A DNA stretch of 51,160 nucleotides, the filler included, from Sphacelaria rigidula (taxonomy: Eukaryota): NCBI GenBank assembly GCA_964200075.2. It is 3 parts of 3 records of this genome, joined end to end, with 100 filler letters (N's around TTAATTAATTAA, not from the genome) between each part and the next. Parts side by side here need not be neighbours in the genome. Positions count along the whole stretch, not along the records: positions 17,095 to 34,080 come from CAXNAA020001196.1; 2 more parts are not named here. One strand, 5' to 3'. Of the stretch, positions 24,201 to 34,180 are shown piece by piece (the first letter of the stretch is position 1; each line of letters opens with the position of its first letter). A program made the translations under genes and the position numbers. Under the pieces are notes generated by a model. It was not told where the DNA came from, ran no database searches, and worked only from the letters and a program-made list of their open reading frames with translations.

Positions 24201-25163
24201 TTCAGCCTCATGTGATTGGTTCCACTCTTCACGTCGTGGTACGTTTTACACAAGTTCCATACCGTCGGAGCTTCTCGATGTACACTGTTCGAATAGTGGT
24301 TGGTTTTTTGCGTAGCCTCTCGTGGTACCCATTTTTTTGTGTTTCGGTGGGTTGACCCTGGAATGTGCGATGAGCAAAAAAATGTGCGATAAGCAGAACT
24401 TCGCCTTACTTGTGTGCTTCATGTATTGACTCATCGCAGCTTTATCCTGTATTTCCACACTCTCACGCTAACTCTTGAACACTTCACGTCGCTAACCCTT
24501 TGTGGGGGGGAATGACAGAAACAAGGACGATGAGGAGGTCCCTCCCGAGAACCTAGCCACAACCAGGGAGGGACGAAAGGGAGAAGGTCTCAAGAAAATT
24601 TACGGTCCCGAGTGGGGCATCACCGAGTTGGACTTTGAAGCGGACTACCACAACTACCAGTCGCCGGAGATGAAGCAGGAGTATGAAGGCGCGAACAAGG
24701 GAGTTAAGCCGACGGGCTACCGTGCGTCGAGGCCTGGGCACCAGAGTGTCGGCAATGCAGCCTGGATGCAGGAGGTGAGTGCAAATGGCGGGGCCTCCAT
24801 CCGTGTCCACCTGGTACATGGGGAGGATATAGTGTTTGATTGACTGTTTACACCCTGATATTTCGGTTCCTCGGCTGCGTGATTCGTCAGTGTAGCAATG
24901 GTGACAATTCATGACTAACGCCGTAAATCCTGTTTGGCCTCGATTCATTCGAAACCTCATCGAACGTTCGTTATCAGGCGGGCAAGAGGTCAGAGTGGGC
25001 GGCACCGTCACCGAGTAGCCCTCCGAGGGGGTCTGCATTTTCCCCCGCCAGAGTGCGTCGCTTCGACATCGACGATGATGATGACGACATGGGGAGGTTG
25101 AGGGACAAACACCCCGAGTACAGCTTTGACAGGAATTCGGGGGGAAGCAGAGGGCGTAAGTAG
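21204..25163 (+). CDS. Uncharacterised membrane protein of about 462 aa, 5 exons (21204-21674, 22874-23104, 23825-24069, 24519-24774, 24978-25163)
   Basis: All four introns are GT-AG with compatible phases (0,0,2,0). N-terminal hydrophobic segment, RRVLQ, ~170-aa acidic ectodomain, TM helix WPWWVWLIYALLVACCLVPLCCIIF-RR, and a charged cytoplasmic tail ending at TAG 25161. An alternative in-frame ATG lies at 21171. Confidence 0.85.
22475..22614 (-). repeat. Fragment of repeat family A in intron 1
   Basis: Matches 30808-30938, e.g. TCTCTGGAAG.GGCGATACCAG ... GCAGGATG.AGCTCACCCTTCA. Confidence 0.8.
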
Positions 25164-27723
25164 AGGGTATGCACTGACATGGCGAAGTGATACGAGCGCA
25201 TGAAAAACAGCATGTTTATTTGGCGGTTTCCGTCCCAAGTGTATTCTTGATGGCCATCGGTGCGGATTCTCCTGTTGCGACGCACGGGCCTGTAGGTGAG
25301 GTTTGCCGAGTAAATATAGGCCTTTTCCTGAGAATTTCGACACCCGTGAAAAAATGGAAAGTCAGTGTGGTGTGTGTTGTGGATCCTTCGAATTCTGTGT
25401 TGAACGAGGGGGATGTTTGTGTGTATCGTGATGTGCTGTTCATGTGCTGTTGAGAAGCTTTCCTGGACTGGAGAAAATTGTTGGAAGGGGTACCTAGATC
25501 AAAACGGAGTGGATTCATGACGGTTGTGGAAAACAAAAGAAATTTCTTCGTTTTGGGGTTGTGGTGACAGCTTGTCGAAAAAGTTCATATTTCTCCCGGT
25601 GGAGAATTGGAAACTTTTCATGTCATCTGTCCAGGCAGCGAAGATGTTCTTTCGCATTGTGAACATTCTCGGAGATGGTACCAGCTTGAAGAGGGTTCGT
25701 AAATGATAGCGTAGACGGTGCCCCTCCTCTACTGCATGTCCCGTGCTGTGCTCCGACGGGATGGTTGGGTGTCTGGCGGTCAGTATTTCTGTGTAATTTT
25801 GTTGGTGATACAAGGGAGGGTCAACAACCCTACTTGGAGCGTTCGGTTCCCTTCTGAGTGATGTAGGCAAAGGCGTGGGTTGGTCGATATGGGTTCGTCC
25901 GTGACACTTCTATCCTTGGAAGAGAGTGTTTTGGAAGTCCTGGTACGATGAAGGTTGGGGATGTATGTAGTGATTTCGGTAAAGTGTGTGCCCTTGGGCA
26001 ACAACAAACTGACGGGCCAACCGTCGGGCGGGAGAGTGAAAAGACCTCAATATATTCCACACCTGGGAAGGAGACAGGGGGCGGTGTTCAATGGAATGGT
26101 CCACCCCAATGGGCCGAACACGGCCTAAAACACACGTCAGAGAGACGTCACCGGGTAGGTCTCGACACCTCCGAAAACCGCATCAGGCGGTACTGTACAT
26201 GGAATTGTTTGTGCACCGTGTCTGGGAGGAAACGGAAACGCTGCAATCTCATCATGATGATGAATTGCATACTGCGTCGGAAGAGCGTTTGGCGTGGAAA
26301 TGACACTCTCCAGTGTACTTGCGTGCCCTGAATTTGCACTTGTCTTGCCCCCGGATCGGCAGTGCTGCTCTTCAGGGTGGTGATACCCAGATTTTTCAGC
26401 GCAACCAAAAAGGTTGAAAAAATCGCAACTTCGCGATGTCCTCATATGGGTGGTTCATGCATGTTGGTAGTACCGTCCACGATGGATTTAACGAGTCGGG
26501 CCCTTGCAGTATGTGCCTGTTCAACAGGAAGGAACTCCGCTTAATCCATTTTTGTAATGCGTGGAGGTACACATCGGAGAACGCTTTTTCTGTCCGGGAC
26601 AATTTGCGTGTTCACCAATTGACACGTACTCGTCGGAAATTACGCGTCTTCTCTATGTGACTTTCGCCGATCCAACAATTCAACGATGGGTCACTATGAC
26701 TTTTCTGCCGTCTAGTGCCGAAAATTGTCACCGCCCGTAAACTATACTTGCCAATACAGTAATTTAGTGGCACCGATTTGAGCCACTAACATAAAAACGA
26801 CGCCACTTATTTAGAAGTCAATCTGGCTTAGTCCGCGAACACAAAGTGCCGATTTAAGAGAGTTAATCCGGCTTGGCACGACCAAACTCGATCTGAGAGA
26901 GGTATCGTCTTTCGGACGCTTTCTCTCAAGACCCGATCTCTGAAAAGTGCCACACACAACAGTTGATCACATCGACAGTGGGTTGGTGTGTGGAAGAGCG
27001 GACTTTTTCTTGGGTGTGGTTGGGTGGATGGAGAGGTGGGACCTTGGGCTCGTGTTTCAGGAGAAGTGGGGTATGAAGTACAATGATGACACATGAACAC
27101 AGTTTAGAGGGGTATCTACGTGCAAAAAAGCATCACACGACAGCATGATTTATTTCCAGCACCACGGTATCAGGTACTTGCGGCGGAGACACTGCTCGCC
27201 AACAAACAGGTCGAACAGTGAGATAGCTTCGTAGCACAAGGTAGGGGCGTCATCTAACATGAATTATGTGCCCTCACAAGCTGTCAGTTGAAACGAGAGC
27301 ATCCACTTTCACAGTCTTTCGAAATGGCTACGGTTCGAGAGAATATTCTCTTGAAATGAGACACGGTTTAGCGAGTAGTCTTTTGAACCGTAGCCGAGGG
27401 GGTTTTAGAGAGAGCCGGGTTTAAGACAGAAATCGAGGGTGCCCAAAACAAAATCCCAGACCCCTTGCCCATTTTTTGAATCCTGGATTTTTTTTTGGGG
27501 GGGGGGCACTAAATTTCATGTATGAAAAAAATATAAAAAATTAAAAGAACTCGTGTTAATGATCCATTATTTCTTCGGACGACTTCGAAGCCAAGTACGC
27601 CCAAGTTATATTTATGGGCTTCGGTAATACACTGCACATCACACTTCCACGACAAAAAGACCAGACAAATACTAAATGCCCTGCAATGCTTGCTGAATCG
27701 AGCTAAACGCATCTATCTGCACC

Positions 27724-28073
27724 TACACGTGGCCATTTGGCTACCCCCAAATTCCTCCAGAGCGGTCACCTTTCGAGCCTCCCGAGGGTTTAAACGCCTC
27801 CACAGAAATGAAACGTCTCTACAGGTATAGTTTTTGGTTTCCTCCAGAACGATTTCGCGCCCCCAGAGACTTGATTTCGCCACTAGAGGGCCGCGCATCC
27901 CTGGGAGGCATTTTGGTACCCCCGAATTCCTCCGGAGGGGTGCGCGGCCCTCCAGAGCGGTAGTTTTTGGTTTCCTGCAGAGGGATTGAAGGCCTCCGGA
28001 GGCTTGTCTTTCCTCTGGAGGACCACTCATCCCTCAGGAGGCATTTTCGGGGGTAGCCAAATTGTTGCGTGTG
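27724..28073. mobile_element. MITE family B, copy 1
   Basis: Termini TACACGTGGCCATTTGGCTACCCC and GGGGTAGCCAAATTGTTGCGTGTG. Internal CTCCAGAG/CTCCGGAG repeats. Confidence 0.8.
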
Positions 28074-29315
28074 CCGCCACTTTACGTCCACTGTACGTCG
28101 CATCTTGTGGTCGCAGATAGGGCCAACAATCAAAGGCGCTACCTCACCCAAGTCGCCCCAATAGGGTCATTTATCGAGTGTTTCTTGATGTGAACAAAAA
28201 TCCTACGACCGCCGGAGGGCCCGTGGGGGAGTAAATAGGGTCTGCGATTTTTGGGGGGGGTACCCTTGGGCAAATACTGGTTTCGACCATCTCTGTCTCA
28301 AGCCGTAGCCACTACTGTACAGGAGTTGTTCTTTTTATCCGTTTCAGTTCCCGACTTTCCTTCTGCGGCGTTTGCCTCACTTTTTACCGCCAGAAGGGTC
28401 TAGCGATCCCTTTCTCTCGTCGACCGTGAGGTCGAATTGAGGCCTAGATTATGCGGCCCCTAGAGCTTTGGGCATCCCACTCAAGTTTTTGTCGGTTTTT
28501 AACCCCCATATGATGGACGCGACCGTGTCTACAGTAGCTCTCAGCTGACATGCTGTAGTACGGGATTTCTGAAAAATTTCGTAGGTGGTGATCTTCGATA
28601 ATATTTCACCGCTTAATATCGCAGTAAACGTTTGATTTCAAAGTTTGGGGATCAGGAGATACTGTAGGTATCCGCGCTTTCCAAAAGATAATCTCTGCAC
28701 TTGATTTCGAACGACTTACGAGCTGGCCGGTTTTCGGGGGTCCTGCGACTACCCGGCCTCAGGTTCTGACCCTCGGGTGCTTTTTCTAAATTATTCGAAG
28801 CAGTCCCGATCGTTCTCGTGAACAAATGAAAAGAAAAATGTTTTTAATCACTTCCTATTCGTTGCGCTAGAGCCGAATTCTGTTTTTGGATCAGTGACGG
28901 TCAATGTTAACATGCCCCGTCTTGAGCCACAGAAAGGGGTTGCTGCACCTACGGGCAACATCTTTCCCTCCATCAATGCCAGTCAAGAGGAGATCCTTGC
29001 AGCCGGGGGGTTGTGCTTGCTCGTCGGTCGCTCCACTCAAAAGTCATAGCCGGACAATATCCATCTATCGAGCTAACAATGTTGGAATCGCGCTTCACGA
29101 AAAATTGAGGGTCGACAGGGGGCATTGGGGGTGGACAGAGCCAGAAGTATATCACTCTTCCATGCCTTCACCAATTCGTAAACCGTCAAATTTCAATAGC
29201 CCACAAAAGTAGGACCATTTCGTAAACCGTCAAAGTTGTGTGAGATTAGACGCAGTCCTACTTTTCGCATGCCATGCGTTGCATGCGCGTGCCGCATCTC
29301 AAATTTAGCTGTCAA

Positions 29316-29716
29316 TACACGCGGCCATTCGGCTACCCCCATGAACATCCTTCATCGCGATTTTCATCCTCTCGGGGGTAAAGTGACCCTCCGGAGATTA
29401 AAAATGCCCTCTAGAGGGTATTTTACACTCAGTTCCGGTCATAGAGCAAATCCTCTGCAGGGCATCTGATGCTCTAGTGACTTCTGAGGTCTCAATCCCT
29501 CGAGAGTAACGAAAAAATGGTGCTCTGGAGGGCTGCGCATCGTCCAACTTCCTCCAGAGGGTGCCCAGCCCTCCAGAGGCAAAACAAGCCTCTGGAGGCG
29601 TTCGATCCCACCCCTCTGGAGGGCCGCGCACCCCCTAGAGGCGACTAATTCCTCTGGAGGCTCGAAAAGCTGACCGGGACATAATAATTTGGGGGGGAGC
29701 CGAATGACCGCGTGTG
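29316..29716. mobile_element. MITE family B, copy 2
   Basis: Termini TACACGCGGCCATTCGGCTACCCCC and GGGGGAGCCGAATGACCGCGTGTG. Same internal repeats. Confidence 0.8.
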
Positions 29717-29751
29717 AAGTACCGTATAGCCCGATCATTTCATCAAGAACG

Positions 29752-30175
29752 AACAGTAGATTCTCGAACATGGGGTTGAAAAATAAAATGAGGTTCAATT
29801 CAAAAGCCGTGCTTTCCCTGACCAAAATTCATGCCAAATGACTTTCATATGGACGACCCCATTCCTCCCGACCTCCCTCAAACTATTTCGGGGGGATTCG
29901 AGCCTTCCCTTCCCCTAGAAGGTATGTGCGAAAGCACACTTTTGCCTCGATTTCGGGGTGAAAAAAGGACGTTGTTTGGCCCAAAAATCGTGCTTTCGCA
30001 CATACTCTTTGGGGGAACGGAAGGCTAGAAATCCCCCGGAATAGTTTGAGGGAGGTCGAGAGGGGTCGGGTCGTCCATATGAAAGTCATTTGGCATGAAT
30101 TTAGGTCGGAGAAAGCACGACTTTTGAGTTGAACATCATTTTTGTTTTCAACCCCATTTTCGAGAATCCACTGTT
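29752..30175. mobile_element. Foldback MITE with ~190-bp inverted arms
   Basis: Ends AACAGTAGATTCTCGA and TCGAGAATCCACTGTT. Internal pairing includes ATTCATGCCAAATGACTTTCATATGGACGACCC with GGGTCGTCCATATGAAAGTCATTTGGCATGAAT. CAGT(G/A)G termini resemble Tc1/mariner ends. Confidence 0.88.
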
Positions 30176-30998
30176 AGCGGGTGATGCCAAAAAACACTTC
30201 TTGTTTAGGCATGTCGGGCACAACATGCTTTACTACCATATGGTGATTTGACTTATGTCAGCTTACAGCTCGATGGACAATAAAGTATGGATGAGACGTC
30301 ACATTTCTTCCTTGTAGCGTCTCATGCGTAAAATGTCTGCACACCACGTATGATTTCAGCTTTTAGTGGCAGTTTCAATTCGACTAGTAATCAGAAATAG
30401 ATTATGTACATCTCCAGTCTGTACCACAGTGCGCACACGGGGCGCAGGTCAATGTTTTCATCGCTGCTTCTTTCAAACAGCCCCCCCCAGCTAACGCATG
30501 GTCCGGCGAAAATCCGGCGTGCGCTGTCCCGGCTTTTGTAGGGGCGGACCCCCTATGGAGTTGGCGTCGGTTGGCGATGACGCTGTAAAACACGCCACTC
30601 ACTGCGTTTGCTAGGCAACCAGGCCACCGATTTTTTTGCACGTTTGCGTCTTTTTTGCGGTAACCATGATGGTGGTCGAGCTAGGTAATATTTTGCGGGG
30701 TAGAAGAGCGTCAACTCCGCGCAAAGAAGATGATCTCACTACGTTGTGTTCAAATGATAAGACACCCATGAGGCAGTGTACAAGCCGGGGCTGTCTCTGG
30801 GTGTGGCTGTCTCTGGAAGTGGCGATACCAGGAAATGGGGCAACTTCATTGGAGGCTGTCATCCGAATGCGATAGCACGCTTCGGGCCTAACAACCTTGG
30901 CAGGATGAAGCTCACCCTTCATGCGACTCGCCGAGCATATCACGGCGCTTCGCGCTTGGTGATTGATTCCAAGCCTGGTCCGGCGAAAACCCGGCGTG

Positions 30999-31391
30999 TG
31001 TTCAGGAAGTATGAGCGCTCACTGGTTCAATGCACACGCGGCCATTTGTCTACCCCCCAAAATGTCTCCGGAGGGATGCGCGGCCCTCCAGGGGGAAAAT
31101 AAGCCTCCGGAGGCCTTCAATTCCCCTGGAGGAGACCAAAATCTACCGACCCGTAGGGCCGCGCACCCCTCCGGAGGAATTTGGCGGTGTGCACGGCCCT
31201 CCAGAGGCAAAAATAAGCCTCCGGAGGCGTTCAATCCCTCTTGAGGAAACCAAAAACTCTCCTCTGGAGGGCCGCGCAGTCCTCCGGAGGAGTTTAATTC
31301 CTCTGGAGGCTCGAAAAGTTTACCCACCTGGAAGAATTTTGTAGGTGGCCAAATGGCCGCGTGTGTAGGTCAACTGTTCGCTTCCTGAACA
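30999..31391. mobile_element. Small TG..CA element with 11-bp TIRs and a 5-bp TSD, carrying a nested MITE B
   Basis: GCGTG|TGTTCAGGAAG ... CTTCCTGAACA|GCGTG. Confidence 0.8.
31033..31365. mobile_element. MITE family B, copy 3
   Basis: Perfect 15-bp TIR CACACGCGGCCATTT / AAATGGCCGCGTGTG, flanked by TG and TA. Confidence 0.88.
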
Positions 31392-32829
31392 GCGTGCTCC
31401 GTCCCGGCTTTGTAGGGATGCGAAGTCAAAGGTCTTATGACCATAGCATGCAAGATCATGAGTACACCCCCCTTCCATCTTTTATACCTCTCCTTCAGTT
31501 GTCAATACTACAAGTCGTGACCACCCGCACTTTGTCATCTCTCCTTGGTCTTAGCACCAAAAGACAAGGTTATCAGCAGATTCTGCCGACATCATCATTT
31601 GATCAAGTCCATCAAAATGCATGTGCCTGCACTCCTGGTGACGATAGATACATTCCATCGTCAACCACCGCAGCTAGGAAACAGTGCCCTGCGACCTACA
31701 CTCGTTGGCAAGGCAAAAAGCGTGATATACCAGTGCAAGATCGGTACTCACTTGAATATTGCCGCAACACCAAGGGTCTGTCGAGAGAAAAAAATCGGAC
31801 ACGGAGCCCCCCACCCCCCTCCCGGAGGGTACTTTTTCGATAAGTTTCATGATTTTTTTTTGTGATTTTTTGTGATTATTTTTGTGATTGTTTTGCTGAT
31901 ATTGTTGAAAGAAATTGATCAACAAACACTGACAAAAACCGAGAATTCTGGCGGGCTGTGCGAGGTCCCTATATTTGCTTCTGCTCCTTGCCCGCCCTGT
32001 CCCGATGACCTCGGATGCCGGCAACGCTCACACACATTTATGTACAATACACGAGCACACGGTAGCGACACCCTGTAGCCAAAGTAGCAACATTATCTCA
32101 CGCCTCGCCAAATTTTCCCGGCCTACTAGTTGTACGTAGTCGAAGCACACGACACGGAACATGATTCCATAAACGTAATCGTGGTAGGTGATGAGCTTGG
32201 AGGGGCGGTGCGTCCGTCATCTCAGCGGTCTCCATGCCAAGGATATCTGTACACGGCAGCTGACCGCATCTGCCAACGCCTCGGCAATAAACTAGGGGAC
32301 TTCAAGCTGGGTGTCCCCCCCCTCAAAACTCGAATTTCCAATTTTCGATCTTGGGGCCTACGTGTCCCGAAATATTTTCTTGACAGACCCTTAGCAACAC
32401 CGGAAAAAGATAATCCACATACTCCAGCGTAACATCCTTCTATATTTTACAACACGCGTGAAATCATATCGGGCATCTTATCATCATGTATGACCATACA
32501 GTACACCGTCTGGCTTTTCGCGTTGGCCCAAATAACTTCACATGTACAGCATATCACAGGTCGGAACACGCATCCATCTTCTCGGGAAACTTCGTCCCGC
32601 CGAGATACGGAAACGTACCAGGCATTTTTTGTGACAGGCCCAATAATCGCCTCTGTTCATTGTTTTACAGTCTCGCCTTCCTGTTGAAACATGGAGAGCG
32701 TATTGCAGTACCACAAAACGCAGCCCTACGTGTAGTGTAACACACCGATGAACAGCCACCTGCGGACACGCTCACCACCACCGTCACGTTTCCTCCCCAT
32801 GAATGTCACTTTCTTGATTTGGACAAGCC

Positions 32830-33885
32830 TTCTCCTTCTCCTTCCTGTCAGTCATGACTGTGTGCAGTTCGTGAGGCTCCGAGCTTTAGCGTACCCAAGT
32901 GGGATTTATCAGAGGATCCTGGAAAATGTCAGTCGACCCTTTTGGGGGAATGAACGGCAAACAAAAACAGTGCTCGAAAATGTGCAAAATGGTACCTCTT
33001 TAAGGTACTGAAGAGACTGGAGGTCCTAAAAGGTTGAAGAACCGAGCCCAGAGGTTGTGGTACCATTTTAAAAATTAAGTTATAGTTTTTTTTTCTCTGT
33101 GGACTTTCCTTTTCTTTCGTTCCTGTCATTTCTCGAACCATGTCCAATCCGTCGCCGCCCCATCACCCGCTCTTCTTTCATTTTAAGATACTCACAACGA
33201 GTGACTCAAGCTCATCTGGCGATGTAGAGCCGTACAGTGTTCTGCAGCGAGCTTGCTTGACCTTATCCAGTAATATCAGTTGACTGGTCTTGTTGTTCTT
33301 GTCGCGGCTCGTGTGAGTTTGGCCCCACCACCCGTACTCATGATGTCATATTCTCTCGAATGATATGATGTTTCCTATGTACATATATTCGGAGGTGGAT
33401 ACTACTGTAGCAACGGAACCAAAGGGAGAATAATGGTATCGCAGAAAAGAAGAAAACAACTTGGGATCATCGCTCGACCCCCCCCCCGCCCCGCTTCAAC
33501 ACTTTGTTGTTGAAGCGGGGGTGTAGTTATGACTATGGCATGCATGATCATGAATACACCCCCACTTCAACAACAAACGCGGCGCGGCACAAGCGGTATC
33601 GCAACATGCACATCGTTGTTTTCACACAACATCGTCTACCGCCCACCTGCATCAAACGAGTCTTTTCCTTTCCTATCAGTCATGGCTGTGTGCCGGACGT
33701 GAGGCTCCGGGCGTTGGCGTTCGTATAAAAAAAGTCTTCATACCCTGTCCGATCCGTACCCAACGGACTACCCGGTCTTCCAATTCAAGTTACTCACAAC
33801 GAGTGACTGGGGCTCCTCCAAAGACGTACAGTCGCACAGTGCTCTGCAGCGAGCTTGGTTTTTCTTCCTTCAGTAATATCAGCTA
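32830..33885 (+). repeat. Two diverged direct copies of another repeat (about 32830-33290 and 33660-33885)
   Basis: Shared blocks TCAGTCATG.CTGTGTGC....CGTGAGGCTCCG and ACTCACAACGAGTGACT...CTGCAGCGAGCTTG...CAGTAATATCAG. The first copy has about 250 bp of extra internal sequence. Confidence 0.75.
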
Positions 33886-34080
33886 TTTCAAATAGCTGCC
33901 ATTGTTGCTCTCGTGTCATTTCGTGTCATTTCGGTATCGCACTATAGTGCTTTTGTTACAGGATGGATAATGACCCTGTATAAAAGACTATAGCGCATTC
34001 TGATCTTGGCACTCCCCGCCTACAGCCTGATGACGAAAGGAAGAATATGGAAGTATAAATGCGTGAGAACCCCTCCCGAG

Positions 34081-34180
34081 NNNNNNNNNNNNNNNNNNNN
34101 NNNNNNNNNNNNNNNNNNNNNNNNTTAATTAATTAANNNNNNNNNNNNNNNNNNNNNNNNNNNNNNNNNNNNNNNNNNNN
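34081..34180. other. Assembly gap/linker
   Basis: 100 nt of N containing TTAATTAATTAA. Confidence 0.97.

Larger units (their letters stand above)
30499..31472 (-). mobile_element. Repeat family A, copy 2, interrupted by nested insertions
   Basis: Reverse complement is collinear with 13131-13688. One terminal direct repeat is split at 30998/31392. Confidence 0.85.

Noticed and set aside
25164..26650. Many short overlapping ORFs after the membrane-protein stop codon
   Set aside because: No motifs or consistent splice pattern. More likely a long 3' UTR or intergenic DNA.
27724..31365. Recurrent CTCCGGAG/CTCCAGAG motifs as a CRISPR-like array
   Set aside because: Spacing is irregular, orientation is mixed, the motifs lie inside TIR-bounded MITEs, and there are no cas genes in this eukaryotic context.
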